The notes: generated by a model not told the origin, from the letters alone. Positions 10,388-21,031 are shown, counted from the first letter of the stretch. The stretch: 64,000 bases of DNA from Syntrophales bacterium (GCA_963665615.2 CAXXQE010000001.1:575151-639150), one strand, 5' to 3'. Numbers and translations: made by a program.

Positions 10388-10739
10388 GGTTGATGAATCC
10401 TTTCGAACGGCCGACGCCGCAGTTTTCAGCGGCTAATGCCGCAGTGCCAGGTGACGGGTAACGCGTGACAAGCACAACACAAACGCATCGAAGCACGCCT
10501 TTGCTCATCTACTTCCGTTGGCATGCCGTGCTGTACCGTGACATGTTTTTTCTGTCAGTCCCACTTGCCGGAGCGGACTTCTATCCGCCAGGACACGCTC
10601 TCCCAAGTGCTTTCGTCTGTCGGCATCTATACCTGTTTTATCGGTATTTTTCCATAGGCCATTGGCGAGGGTCAGCACAAAAAATGATTGTCAAAACGCC
10701 GGGGACATTGTAAGGATGGGCCACGACGGAGAGGCAAGC

Positions 10740-11564
10740 ATGATCGGAATATTTGATTCAGGATTCGGCGGTTTAACCGTGTTGAAGCACGTCGTACCGG
10801 CGCTTCCCGACTACGATTACCTTTATCTTGGAGACAATGCGCGTGTTCCCTACGGGAACCGTTCCGACTGGATCGTTCACGACTTTACCCTTCAGGCGGT
10901 GGACTACCTCTTCAAACAGGGCTGCCGCCTCATCGTCATCGCCTGCAATACCGCATCGGCCAAGGCCCTGCGGCGCATTCAGCAGGAGTACCTGCCCACA
11001 CACTATCCCGACCGTCGCGTCCTTGGCGTGGTTCGACCAAGCGCGGAAGAGGTGGTCGAACGCACGGCCTGCCGAAAGGTGGGGGTGTTGGCGACGGAGG
11101 GCTGTGTTGCCGCCAATTCCTATCCGATCGAAATCCATCATCTGGATCCGACCATGGCGGTGTTTCAACAGGCTTGTCCGCTTCTGGTGCCGATCATCGA
11201 AGCCGGTGAGCAGGACTGGGTAGGGACCGATATGATCGTTTCCCGTTACCTCGGAGAGCTCTTCGCCAGAGACAGCCACATCGATACGCTGCTTCTGGCG
11301 TGTACCCATTATCCCGTGCTCTATAAGACTTTCGAGCGGCATGTGCCGGCGGGCGTCAGGATTCTGGAACAGGGGCCGATCGTTGCCAAGCGCCTGAAGG
11401 ACTATCTGCTCCGTCACCCGGAAATTGAGTGCACCCTGGGTAAGTCGGGTCGGCGACGGTTTGAGACGACCGACGCCTCGGCCAAGTTCGATCGTTTGGC
11501 GGAAGTCTTTTACGGCGAGCGCATCAACTCAAAGATGATTACGCTGGGCGCCGGCTGCCTGTAA
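10740..11564 (+). CDS. murI: Glutamate racemase
   Basis: IGIFDSGFGG, IACNTAS, LACTHYP. Confidence 0.95.
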   Translation: MIGIFDSGFGGLTVLKHVVPALPDYDYLYLGDNARVPYGNRSDWIVHDFTLQAVDYLFKQGCRLIVIACNTASAKALRRIQQEYLPTHYPDRRVLGVVRPSAEEVVERTACRKVGVLATEGCVAANSYPIEIHHLDPTMAVFQQACPLLVPIIEAGEQDWVGTDMIVSRYLGELFARDSHIDTLLLACTHYPVLYKTFERHVPAGVRILEQGPIVAKRLKDYLLRHPEIECTLGKSGRRRFETTDASAKFDRLAEVFYGERINSKMITLGAGCL

Positions 11565-11565
11565 C

Positions 11566-11655
11566 AGCTGAGAAGCAAGAAGTTGAGAAGTTAAGAAAGA
11601 AAAGCTGATCAGCGGCATTTTGCTCAGCTTCTCAACCTCCCATCCTCTCAACTTC
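11566..11655. repeat. Inverted arrays of degenerate 8-mers (AGTTGAGA-like / TCTCAACT-like)
   Basis: agctgaga-agcaagaa-agttgaga-agttaaga ... tctcaacc-tcccatcc-tctcaact between convergent genes. Confidence 0.6.
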
Positions 11656-11678
11656 GATCCAACCCCATCGGGGTTAGA

Positions 11679-13535
11679 TCAGATCTCCATTCTGCCCAGC
11701 GCCGCCAGGGCCATCCGGACATTTCCGAAGGGTGCGCTGACTGCAAAGCCTGCGACGTGCGGCGCCAGTTGCTTGATCATCTCTCTCGCAATCTCAATGC
11801 CAATCTTTCGACCGTCCTCCTGCGTCTTCGCTTGAGCCATCCGTTGCAGCAGTTGCGACGGCACCACCACCCCCGGCACCTCGTTGGCCATAAATTCGGC
11901 GTTTTTGTAACTGGTAAACGGCCAGATCCCCGCAATCAGCGGCACGTTGCAATTCCCGACCTTTTCCTGAAACGCGAAGAACATGTTTACGTCAAAGACC
12001 GGTTGCGTGATCGCATACTCCGCACCTGCAGCGGCCTTCTGAGTAAATCGGTCGATCTCCCGCTGCATCTCGGAGGCGACCGGGTTGGCGCCCACCCCGA
12101 TGGTCAGCGACAATGGTCCCGGCAGGGCGTTGCCCGCGATATCGAGTCCGCGATTCAGATTACGAACCACCTTCGTCAGGGCGATGGCATCCAGATCGAA
12201 GACGGCCGTGGCGTCAGGGTATTCGCCGAGTTTTGGCGGGTCTCCGGTAATGAGCAGCACGTTTTTGATTCCCATCGCCTCGATGCCGAGCAGATCGGAT
12301 TGCAGACCGATGATGTTCTTGTCGCGGCAGCAGACGTGGAGGATGGTTTCGATATCGATGGCCTGCTGAATTTTTACGGCTGTCACCAGAGGGCTCAGGC
12401 GGGCGCTGGCACGCGGTCCGTCGGGGATGTTGACCGCGTCAATGCCGTGTTCGGCGCATAGCTTCGCGTTAGCGATCATAGCGGCTGTATCTGTTCCGCG
12501 CGGCGGGGTCAGCTCGATGCAGTAAACCGGTTGACCCGTTGCGATCTTTTCTCCGATGCGGCTCTTTTGGGCAAGCGGGCGTGCCTCGAAGGCGGCCTCC
12601 TGTTTGGCCTTCATTTCCGCGATGACGATGCTTTTTTGGGGGGCCATCGCCTTGGCCAGCGGGCGGACGGCCTTGACGATTTCGCGGATATGCTTCGGGG
12701 TCGTTCCGCAACAGCCGCCGATGACCTTGACGCCGTTTTCGAAAAACCGTTTGGCGTACTCCGCCATGTATTCCGGCGTGCACATGTAAAGCATGCGTCC
12801 TTCCACCTGACGCGGCAGCCCTGCGTTGGGTTGGGCGCTCAGCGGTTTGGTCGTGACGTTCCGGATTTTTTTGATCGCCTCCAGCATGTCCGATGGGCCG
12901 ATGGCGCAATTCAGACCGACGGCGACGACAGACGGATGCGATTCAATCGCGGCGATTGCCTCCTCAATCGGTGAACCGAAGCGCGTTTCCAGGCGCGACT
13001 CGCAGGCCAGTTGCGCGATGATCGGTTTGTCCGACACCCCGTCGATCGCCTTGAGCGCCAGCAATAGTTCATCCACGCTCGAAAAGGTTTCCAGAAGCAG
13101 AAAATCGACACCGGCCCGATGCAATGTGCCGGCCTGTTCCGCAAAGGCCTTCAGCGCCGCGTCACGCTTGGTTTGGGGTACCTCTGGCAAATCGATTCCC
13201 AGGGGGCCCATGGCGCCCGCAACGAAAGCGGTCTCTGCAGCTGCGCGCCGGGCCAGCGTGACCGCCGCAGTGATGATTTCATCTGCGCGCTCGGCCAGGC
13301 CGAAGCGCATCAGTTTGAAGGCATTCGCTCCGAACGTGTTACTTTCGATGAAATCCGCTCCCGCCGAGACGTAGTCCTTGTGAATCTCCGCCACCAGATC
13401 GGGTCGCGTCAGGTTGAGTTCCTCAAAGCACGTGTTCAGAAATGCGCCGCGCTCGTATAGAACCGTTCCCATGGCGCCGTCTCCAATCACGATTCCCTGT
13501 TTAAGTCGTTCAATAATGGTCATTTTACGTTCCAT
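11679..13535 (-). CDS. Bifunctional homocysteine S-methyltransferase / methylenetetrahydrofolate reductase (YitJ-like); start 13535 or 13523
   Basis: DGAMGT, GLNC, QPNAGLP, GGCCGTTP; C-terminal MTHFR domain with CCRDKN, ITGDPP, ITQPVFD. Confidence 0.93.
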   Translation of the reverse strand: MERKMTIIERLKQGIVIGDGAMGTVLYERGAFLNTCFEELNLTRPDLVAEIHKDYVSAGADFIESNTFGANAFKLMRFGLAERADEIITAAVTLARRAAAETAFVAGAMGPLGIDLPEVPQTKRDAALKAFAEQAGTLHRAGVDFLLLETFSSVDELLLALKAIDGVSDKPIIAQLACESRLETRFGSPIEEAIAAIESHPSVVAVGLNCAIGPSDMLEAIKKIRNVTTKPLSAQPNAGLPRQVEGRMLYMCTPEYMAEYAKRFFENGVKVIGGCCGTTPKHIREIVKAVRPLAKAMAPQKSIVIAEMKAKQEAAFEARPLAQKSRIGEKIATGQPVYCIELTPPRGTDTAAMIANAKLCAEHGIDAVNIPDGPRASARLSPLVTAVKIQQAIDIETILHVCCRDKNIIGLQSDLLGIEAMGIKNVLLITGDPPKLGEYPDATAVFDLDAIALTKVVRNLNRGLDIAGNALPGPLSLTIGVGANPVASEMQREIDRFTQKAAAGAEYAITQPVFDVNMFFAFQEKVGNCNVPLIAGIWPFTSYKNAEFMANEVPGVVVPSQLLQRMAQAKTQEDGRKIGIEIAREMIKQLAPHVAGFAVSAPFGNVRMALAALGRMEI

Positions 13536-14105
13536 TTGTTCGGCCTCAAGCTCAAGATGTTTCAATTACTTGCACGTCGGAAAAACGCTGTTAAGAATGG
13601 ATAATCCTGCACGAAAGAGCAGGGCGGCGAGGGGATGACGGGGAACTGGAACCGAATTCCTGCTGCCGCCTTTTTAGGATGTTGCCGAATAATATAGCAG
13701 TTTGAAGCCCTGCACAATATCAAATTCACTCTCCGCTTGTGAAAAGCTCAAAGAGAAGATGCGAGATTTTCCGGAGCAGGCGTTCGAAGGAACGCTGACC
13801 CCGAAGGTAAACCTATTCCTTGGTTGTCATCCCGGCAAGTCGCGGATCAGTACTCGTTTTTGGATTCATTTTCTTGATTCCTTTTGTTCTTTGTGTCAGA
13901 CTCCAGCTTTCGTTTGTGCGGCAACAGGCCGTGCCCCAGGTCGATTCCCAACTTAACACCTATAGTAGAAAGCCAGCGGACTGTTCTTGACGGGACTAAA
14001 AGGCTGTGTTAATTATCCGCGATACTTTGTCTTCGCTGCACGATAACCCAAAGGATGCAAGGCAACCGGTTCAAAGGTATTTGGCCGGAGGTCATGCCAA
14101 AACCC

Positions 14106-14588
14106 ATGAAGCGACTAACCCATCTCGATAAAGCGGGTACCGCCCGCATGGTCGATATATCCGCCAAGGATGCGACGATGCGGCAGGCCGTCGCTCACGG
14201 CAAGGTACTGATGAAGCCTCAGACGGCGAAAATGATCGCCGACAACGGGATGCCGAAAGGCGATGTCTTCGGTGTCGCGCGGATTGCGGGAATAATGGCC
14301 GCAAAACGAACGGATTCACTGATTCCGCTGTGCCACCCGCTCCTTCTGACAGATATCGATATTCAGTTTTCCGTTGATGTCGAGGCTGGAGAGGTTAGTA
14401 TCGAAGCGATCGCCAAGACAACCGGAAAAACCGGGGTTGAAATGGAGGCAATGACGGCGGCGAGCGCTGCAGCATTGACCATCTACGATATGTGTAAGGC
14501 CGTGGATAGGGAAATGGTCCTGTCCGATATCAAATTAATGAAAAAAGAGGGTGGAAAAAGCGGGCGCTTTGTCAGGAAAAAGAAATAG
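14106..14588 (+). CDS. moaC: Cyclic pyranopterin monophosphate synthase
   Basis: LTHLD, MVDISAK, AGIMAAKRT, LIPLCHP, TGVEMEA, IYDMCKAVD, KEGGKSG. Confidence 0.96.
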   Translation: MKRLTHLDKAGTARMVDISAKDATMRQAVAHGKVLMKPQTAKMIADNGMPKGDVFGVARIAGIMAAKRTDSLIPLCHPLLLTDIDIQFSVDVEAGEVSIEAIAKTTGKTGVEMEAMTAASAAALTIYDMCKAVDREMVLSDIKLMKKEGGKSGRFVRKKK

Positions 14589-14635
14589 GCCCTCTTTCTT
14601 CCTTTTTGCCGGTGGGTGTATCGCGGACACAATCC

Positions 14636-15148
14636 ATGCAGACCAGTTTTAAAATCAAGAGTTCTCTGCTTGTTCCCTTTGTTCTGGACACATGCCTCTT
14701 CCTCGTCTTGCTTGTGATTGCAATCTTTGGAAAAGGATCTTCCCTTGAGATTGGCGTTTTGTGCATCGGACTGGTGCCTCTATTGCTGATTTCCATCGAA
14801 ATGCTCGGACGCGAGATCCTTATGGATGAGAAGGGGCTGACCATCAGGAAGATGTTCCGGGAAAAGCGTCTGCTCTGGGAAGAGATCACTCACGTCGGTT
14901 CGCTGGTTCTCAACAAGAAAGTCTATCTCCTGTTGACGACAACAAAGGGATTTCACATTTTATCGAACGCCTATGGCGGTTTTACGTCCATTGTCGGACA
15001 CATACTCGACGGGATGGAGAAAGATAGAATTGAAGACGGTGTTTCAGCGCTGATCGACAGTCCCGTTAAAAGGGAGATCGATATCATTTTGTCGTGGGTG
15101 GCTGCGGTCATCCTTTTGGGAGCTATCTGGATTAAACTTTTTGGGTAG
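14636..15148 (+). CDS. Membrane protein (3 TM, possible bacterial PH-like domain)
   Basis: Two N-terminal and one C-terminal hydrophobic helices flanking a beta-rich segment; co-oriented with moaC. Confidence 0.7.
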   Translation: MQTSFKIKSSLLVPFVLDTCLFLVLLVIAIFGKGSSLEIGVLCIGLVPLLLISIEMLGREILMDEKGLTIRKMFREKRLLWEEITHVGSLVLNKKVYLLLTTTKGFHILSNAYGGFTSIVGHILDGMEKDRIEDGVSALIDSPVKREIDIILSWVAAVILLGAIWIKLFG

Positions 15149-15175
15149 GGGAAAGTGGGGGGCGGACAAAGAAAA

Positions 15176-15466
15176 ATGAACAAGATAAAACGAAAGGCCG
15201 CCGGAGCCAAAAATTTGTGTACGTCTGATTCGGCCGTTGAGGATGTTCTCGAGAAGCACATCGAGCATGTCGTCAATCTTATGGCGTCCATGGAAAAGGG
15301 CAAAAGCACCCTCTATGAAGACGTTGTGTCTATTGTGGAGCGCTGTCTCATCAAAATCGCCCTTAGGCGTTGCGACAACGTCAAGCTGTCTGCCGCGACT
15401 TTTCTCGGAATCAATCGCAATACGCTGCACAAAAAAATTGATCAATGGGGTGTCGGAGAAAATTAA
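15176..15466 (+). CDS. Fis-family helix-turn-helix protein
   Basis: LYEDVVSIVERCLIKIAL...AATFLGINRNTLHKKI. Confidence 0.85.
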   Translation: MNKIKRKAAGAKNLCTSDSAVEDVLEKHIEHVVNLMASMEKGKSTLYEDVVSIVERCLIKIALRRCDNVKLSAATFLGINRNTLHKKIDQWGVGEN

Positions 15467-15530
15467 CCTCTCAGATGTTTTCCAGAAGACCTACTCTTTT
15501 AGTAACATGTTGAAATAATCCAGTTATTGA

Positions 15531-15698
15531 AGGCTGTTCAAAAAGGCTTAGAGGCAAGGCGTCGCAAGGGCCGAGGAGCGCAGCGTATACGCAAAATACG
15601 TGAGCACTGCCTGTCCCGGTGCTGTTTCGGAGTGGCCGGAAGCGCAATCCCCGCCTGCGCGAGGACAGACGCAACATATGAACCTTTTTCAACAGCCT
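15531..15698. mobile_element. MITE-like element with 16-bp TIRs
   Basis: AGGCTGTTCAAAAAGG ... CCTTTTTCAACAGCCT; no coding capacity; ends 12 nt before the pdxT ATG. Confidence 0.7.
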
Positions 15699-15710
15699 GT
15701 CAGGTGAGCT

Positions 15711-16298
15711 ATGAATATCGGGGTACTAGCCCTTCAAGGCGCATTTCGCGAACATGCGCATATGCTTAAAAAATGCCATTGCAATGTTGTCGAGGTCCGG
15801 TTGCCCCGTCAACTCGATGAGGTCGATGGACTTGTCATGCCCGGAGGGGAAAGCACGACCATCCGCAAATTGATGGTGGAGTATGGATTTCCGGAGAAAC
15901 TCAAGGCTTTTGCCGCAGCGGGCAAGCCGATTTTCGGAACCTGTGCGGGACTCATCGTGATGGCCACGAAGCTCAGCGGCAAGAAACAGAAGTTTCTCAA
16001 TCTGATCGATATGGATGTCGAGCGCAACGCCTACGGCCGCCAGATCGAGAGCCGCGAGGTCGATCTGGAGATTCCTCTGTTGGGCGATAAGATCTTTCGG
16101 GCGATCTTCATCCGCGCGCCGCAGATTATTTCAATCGGCCCCGGCGTGACCCCGCTGGCCTGGTATCAGGAAAAGGTCGTCTGGGCGCGCCAGAAGAATA
16201 TCCTGGTCGCGACTTTTCACCCGGAGTTGACCGGCGACAGCCGCATTCACAAATACTTCATCGAGATGGTGAAGGAAAGCGTGAAGTCTAAAGCTTGA
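15711..16298 (+). CDS. pdxT: PLP synthase glutaminase subunit
   Basis: GVLALQG, PGGESTT, GTCAGLI, RNAYGRQ, FIRAP, FHPELT. Confidence 0.95.
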   Translation: MNIGVLALQGAFREHAHMLKKCHCNVVEVRLPRQLDEVDGLVMPGGESTTIRKLMVEYGFPEKLKAFAAAGKPIFGTCAGLIVMATKLSGKKQKFLNLIDMDVERNAYGRQIESREVDLEIPLLGDKIFRAIFIRAPQIISIGPGVTPLAWYQEKVVWARQKNILVATFHPELTGDSRIHKYFIEMVKESVKSKA

Positions 16299-16434
16299 AG
16301 TTTAACGTTCAACGGTCCGTTCATTTCACTTGCTTATCTTTGAGTTATTGCTGTTTATTAATCGTGCTTGTTAGTTTTGCCATATAGTAAATTGTGACTT
16401 TTTCTCCCGTATAAAATACGTTCCATCGTGGAGA

Positions 16435-17850
16435 TTACCCCTGCAGCTCGCGATACAACTTGTTGCGAGACATGCCGAGCATCTTTGCCGCCCTTTTTTT
16501 ATTTCCTCCTGCCTTTTTGAGCGCATCAAGAATTCTTAACCGCTCATAAGACTCATATTCACTCAAGATAGATATATTGTTTTCATGTTTTTCCTGACGA
16601 CCTATATTTCTCTTGGAGGCCAGATATGACCTAGGGCTTACCTTATCGGATGAAAGGACCTCTTGAACATTTAAACCGGTAATGATCTGATGATCGCTCA
16701 AGATTGATAATCGCTCTATTACGTTTTTTAATTGCCGGATATTTCCTGGCCAGTTGTAATTTCTTAGTTCTTCAAACGCGTCATCTGAGAATGTTTTTTC
16801 GAGATGATATCTCATGTTGTTTTCTTTCAGAAAGTTCAGGCTCAGCGGGATGATGATTTCACGCCTCTCTCTCAGCGGCTTAATGATAAAAGGAACAACA
16901 TTGAGACGATAAAATAGATCCTCACGGAATTTTCCTTTCTCGACTTCAAGATACATATCCTTATTCGTTGCCGATATGATACGGGTATTGAGTTTTATGC
17001 TTTGAGTTCCACCCAAACGAGTGATCTCCTGATTCTCAATGGCGCGGAGCATCTTTATCTGAACATTGAGGGGAATGTCGCCCACTTCATCCAGAAATAT
17101 GGTGCCGCCTTGTGCCATTTCAAAAAGTCCCTTTTTGCCTCCCCTCTTGGAGCCGGTGAAGGCGCCTTCCTCATAACCGAAAAGTTCTGCCTCTAGAAGA
17201 TTCTCCGGGATAGCAGGGATGCTGACCGGAATAAAAGGCATGTGGCTTCGTGGACTGTTTGCGTGAATCATTTTAGCCAGCACCTCTTTGCCGACACCCG
17301 ATTCTCCCATGATCAAGACCGTACAGTCCATGGGTGTCACTTTCTTCACAAACTCCGTCATGCTCTGCATGCTCTGGCTCGTAAAGAAATGTTCATTGGC
17401 ACGCATAACATATCTGCGAAGTTGCTCGTTCTCTTGGCGAAAATTTTCTGTTTTCGCGCGTTCCTCCTCCAGTTTAACTTTTAAGCTGTTCAAATATTTT
17501 AACGACGTTGAGGTTCCGACCGCAAATTGTAAGGTTCCGTCTGGATTAAAAAAAGGGTGACCCTTGTATAAATATTCTTCCCCGTCTGGCGTGCGTATGA
17601 TTCCTTTCGTTGTTTTTTTAGCTGTTAAAGACTTTTTAAGGATAGACTGATCAATATACCCGTTTTCTACAAACCAATCCGGCGTTTTCCCAAGCGCGTC
17701 CTTGCGCTCTATATGGAGCATTTCGCAGCCGGTTTTGTTTATCACTACAATACGAAGTGATGAATCATAGATGATGACTTCCTCAGAGATCAGATCCAGT
17801 ATCTGAGGAAGAGCTCCATAAATATTAGAATTTATCTGTTGCTTGGTCAT
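16435..17850 (-). CDS. sigma54-dependent activator (PAS-AAA+-Fis HTH)
   Basis: GESGVGKE, GAFTGS, FLDEVG, FREDLFYRLNV, WPGNIRQL, C-terminal HTH. Confidence 0.95.
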   Translation of the reverse strand: MTKQQINSNIYGALPQILDLISEEVIIYDSSLRIVVINKTGCEMLHIERKDALGKTPDWFVENGYIDQSILKKSLTAKKTTKGIIRTPDGEEYLYKGHPFFNPDGTLQFAVGTSTSLKYLNSLKVKLEEERAKTENFRQENEQLRRYVMRANEHFFTSQSMQSMTEFVKKVTPMDCTVLIMGESGVGKEVLAKMIHANSPRSHMPFIPVSIPAIPENLLEAELFGYEEGAFTGSKRGGKKGLFEMAQGGTIFLDEVGDIPLNVQIKMLRAIENQEITRLGGTQSIKLNTRIISATNKDMYLEVEKGKFREDLFYRLNVVPFIIKPLRERREIIIPLSLNFLKENNMRYHLEKTFSDDAFEELRNYNWPGNIRQLKNVIERLSILSDHQIITGLNVQEVLSSDKVSPRSYLASKRNIGRQEKHENNISILSEYESYERLRILDALKKAGGNKKRAAKMLGMSRNKLYRELQG

Positions 17851-17972
17851 GCTTCAGTTCCTGTGTGGCTTTTAGGGACATAATGATACACATCGTTGCA
17901 CATGTCAACATAAAGTGGCTCCTCTTAAGACAAAATTTATAAAAACATAAATAAAATAAGGAAGATACATTG

Positions 17973-17988
17973 TGGCATCATACATGCA
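17973..17988 (+). promoter_or_regulatory. sigma54 (-24/-12) promoter for the 4Fe-4S protein genes
   Basis: TGGCATCATACATGCA = GG-N10-GC, preceded by an AT-rich tract; divergent from the sigma54 activator gene. Confidence 0.75.
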
Positions 17989-18290
17989 GACTATTGGAAG
18001 GTTAAGATTGGCGGCGTACATGGGGTGCTGAGCTTGATTCTTGAGCTTTGTTTCGACTGCGGCTCAAGGCCGATCGCCGAATTCGGCTGCAAGGTTCAAG
18101 GGGGCATCGAGATGGAACTGGCGGAAAAGGCTGGAGCCCATGTTCCCGCAATGGGTGGCAGGACTAAAGTACCGAAAAGCATCCAAGGCCCCAAATCCGA
18201 TATCCCACGTCCAACGAATGCATTCTGAATCATGCGCGAAAAATAAATTACAGGCTGTCAACAGATGAAGACGAGAGGAGATTTTTGGCA

Positions 18291-19112
18291 ATGAGAAAAT
18301 TAGAAGAATACAAAGCGATGGTGGCGGCAAACACGGAGAATGTAAAACAATTAGTCACAGACCTCAATACGCCAACCAAGATCGAGGAGATCGAGGCGCT
18401 ATTGTTCCAAGGTGACAAAGTATATTATCTTCCCCGCAATGAAGTGGTTACGATCGAGGTGTCTGTGGAAAGCCCCGGCAGTACGGTGGTTCCTTCCGAT
18501 ATCCTGGATCATTTCATCCGGAAGGCAAAGCACCACTATATCATGAACCGGTGTATCTGCCGGGATGGATGCGATTGCAAGAAGTACCCTCACGACCTGG
18601 GATGCCTTTTCCTCGGGGAGGCGGCGTTGAATGTCGGTCCGGAGATAGGGCGTGTTGTGACGGTTGATGAAGCCCTGGAGCATGCGCGGAAATGTCGCGA
18701 GGCCGGCCTGATCCATATGATCGGCCGCAACAGACTGGATGCAGTGATATGGGATGTCAATCCGCCCGAGAAATTCGTGACGGTATGCAATTGCTGCGAA
18801 TGCTGCTGTCTATGGAAAATCCTGCCGGATATTCCGGACAGGATCAGCAGCAAGATCAGCGGTGTGCCGGGTGTTTCCGTGACCGTCGATGTGGCGGCGT
18901 GCACGGGTTGCGGTGAATGCGTCAATGACCATTGTTTTGTGAGAGCCATCAGCATGGTTGATGATCATGCGGTCATCGATCAAGAGATCTGCCGTGGATG
19001 CGGTCGCTGTGCCCTGGCTTGTCCGACGGGCGCCATCAAGGTTACCTTTACCGATCCGGGCTACGTGGATAAGGCCATTCAGGATATAGACGAACTGGTG
19101 GATTTAAGATGA
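18291..19112 (+). CDS. Cys-rich 4Fe-4S dicluster protein
   Basis: CICR...C...C, CNCCECCC, CTGCGEC, CRGCGRCALACP. Confidence 0.88.
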   Translation: MRKLEEYKAMVAANTENVKQLVTDLNTPTKIEEIEALLFQGDKVYYLPRNEVVTIEVSVESPGSTVVPSDILDHFIRKAKHHYIMNRCICRDGCDCKKYPHDLGCLFLGEAALNVGPEIGRVVTVDEALEHARKCREAGLIHMIGRNRLDAVIWDVNPPEKFVTVCNCCECCCLWKILPDIPDRISSKISGVPGVSVTVDVAACTGCGECVNDHCFVRAISMVDDHAVIDQEICRGCGRCALACPTGAIKVTFTDPGYVDKAIQDIDELVDLR

Positions 19113-19311
19113 ATCCGGATTATGGGCTGTCTGCCGCTTTTAGGCGATGTGGGTACGAATGTACTATTATGAGGATGGACTGGTGTTGTGCCAAAGAGGC
19201 TATTTCTGCGAGCGACGTGTGTGATTGCGATCAATAGCGTGTCCGACGGATAATAAGTCAAAGGTTGCAGGTGAACAATAGTTGATTGCCGAGAATCAAG
19301 GAGGAGCAGAT

Positions 19312-20412
19312 ATGGCAGATGACGTTTATGACAAACTTGTATCATGGCTAGTTACTACATTCAGGGCGCTTCCGGGAGTCGATTCGCCAGAGCTCAGAGA
19401 TCTTATCCGTTTCTCATACACGCCGGAAGAAGCTCAGTTGGCCCTTCAGATGGGACCGAAAGGCGGCACCCTGGATGAACTGTCGGATCGAACCGGAATT
19501 GAAAAAGAGCATCTAAAAGCACTCATTGACAGCATGAAGGAGAAGGGGACCATGTTTACGGCACCCTTTACAGAAAATCCTGTTTATCGGCCCTTGGGAA
19601 TGGAGTTTCCTGGCTTGGTCGAATCGCAAACCTATAGGGATCCGACCACTCCGTTCATGAGGGAGTTATTCGAGCTCTGGGGCAAGTTCAAGCCCATCTA
19701 TGTCGGGGAAGGGATCGCACCCTTAGGAAAAATTCTAATGCCCTGGTGCCTCCCTGACGCCCTTCCGCCTGATGCACAACCGGAGGAGAATGTGATTGAA
19801 CAATTAAAAGCTGTTAAGGATCTCTATATAGCCGTTACGCTGTGTCCTTGCCGGCAGATTGAACGTCACGGAATTCATGATCCCTGTGACTGCATTATGG
19901 AATGCTGCATGCCTCAAGGGGATTTTGGCCGTTGGGCCGTCGAACAGGGATATGCGCGGCCCATAACGTTGGATGATGCCATAAAAATTCTAAAAATGTG
20001 CGAAGAAAAAGGTCAGGTACTGGGGGGAATGCCTGGCATGGTGTTGTGCAATTGCTGTAAACATGGGTGTATCCAACTGGATGCACAGAAGATGGGGAAG
20101 CCGCACACCTTCTTACAGAATCACTTCTATGCCCAGGTTGATTCGGAAACCTGTACGTCGTGTGAGGTTTGTATTGAGAGATGTCCTGTATATGCCATCA
20201 GAATGGATGGTGACTCCGCCGTTGTCGATCAGACAAAATGCATCGGATGTGGCGCCTGTGCAACGGGGTGTGCAGTAAAGGCAGTTGTCATGGTGCGTCG
20301 TTCCAAGGAGGCTATATCAAAGTTGGATGAAAAGCTGGCGGACAATTTTACCAAGGCGGCCAGCATGTCAGCATTGGACGAGATGATTATAAAATTCCTG
20401 CAAGAAAGTTAA
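19312..20412 (+). CDS. 4Fe-4S dicluster protein with N-terminal HTH-like region
   Basis: YTPEEAQL helix bundle, CPCR, CNCCKHGC, CTSCEVCIERCP, CIGCGACATGC; AGGAGG RBS. Confidence 0.88.
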   Translation: MADDVYDKLVSWLVTTFRALPGVDSPELRDLIRFSYTPEEAQLALQMGPKGGTLDELSDRTGIEKEHLKALIDSMKEKGTMFTAPFTENPVYRPLGMEFPGLVESQTYRDPTTPFMRELFELWGKFKPIYVGEGIAPLGKILMPWCLPDALPPDAQPEENVIEQLKAVKDLYIAVTLCPCRQIERHGIHDPCDCIMECCMPQGDFGRWAVEQGYARPITLDDAIKILKMCEEKGQVLGGMPGMVLCNCCKHGCIQLDAQKMGKPHTFLQNHFYAQVDSETCTSCEVCIERCPVYAIRMDGDSAVVDQTKCIGCGACATGCAVKAVVMVRRSKEAISKLDEKLADNFTKAASMSALDEMIIKFLQES

Positions 20413-20440
20413 GGATAAATGAACCACTACAAGCAAGATT

Positions 20441-20480
20441 GACTACCGGCGCCCTGCTTTATAGGCGGTGCCGGTGAGTC
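20441..20480. terminator. Hairpin between convergent genes
   Basis: GACT-ACCGGCGCC...GGTGCCGGT-GAGTC imperfect stem. Confidence 0.5.
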
Positions 20481-20488
20481 TTCAATGC

Positions 20489-21031
20489 CTAGACGCCGGC
20501 TGGAAGTTTTGAACGCATCAGCTTTTTTCTGTCAAGCTTTCGACCATCCACGATAAAGGTGCCGTCGCCGACGGCGTGGAGGGTTCTCTTCTCCTTTCGG
20601 GAAGGATCAACGTATGCAGCAATCCCTTCCAGCACAACGATGTTGTGCTTCCTGACGATGTCTACGACTCTGCATTCGATGTTGGCCAGGCACTCCTTGA
20701 TCAGAGGCGCACGCACGTGTCTGCCTTTCACTGGCGTCAGCCCGAACTTTTCTAACTTGTCTGTGTCCACGCCGGAGCAGGTTCCGATGCCGACGACCTG
20801 ATCGATGAGATCGACGGTGGGGATGGCGATGACGCACTCCCTGGACTTCTGCAGCGCCGCATACGAATAGTTCCAGGGGCCGGTCGTCATGGCGAATACC
20901 GGCGTAAAGTCGATCACCATGGTCCAGGAGATGGTCATGACGTTGTCCTTCTTGCCGTCATTCGTCGTAATGAGAACCACCGGACCGGATTCCATTAATG
21001 TAAACGCCTTGCCGATTTCCAACTTTCTCAT
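20489..21031 (-). CDS. Flavin reductase-like (flavoredoxin family) protein
   Basis: GPVVLIT, NVMTISW, GTCSG.DTDK, PLIKECLANIEC. Confidence 0.88.
   Translation of the reverse strand: MRKLEIGKAFTLMESGPVVLITTNDGKKDNVMTISWTMVIDFTPVFAMTTGPWNYSYAALQKSRECVIAIPTVDLIDQVVGIGTCSGVDTDKLEKFGLTPVKGRHVRAPLIKECLANIECRVVDIVRKHNIVVLEGIAAYVDPSRKEKRTLHAVGDGTFIVDGRKLDRKKLMRSKLPAGV

Noticed and set aside
18025..18268. Small ORFs between the sigma54 promoter and the first 4Fe-4S gene
   Set aside because: No motifs or clear RBS; cannot be supported from sequence alone
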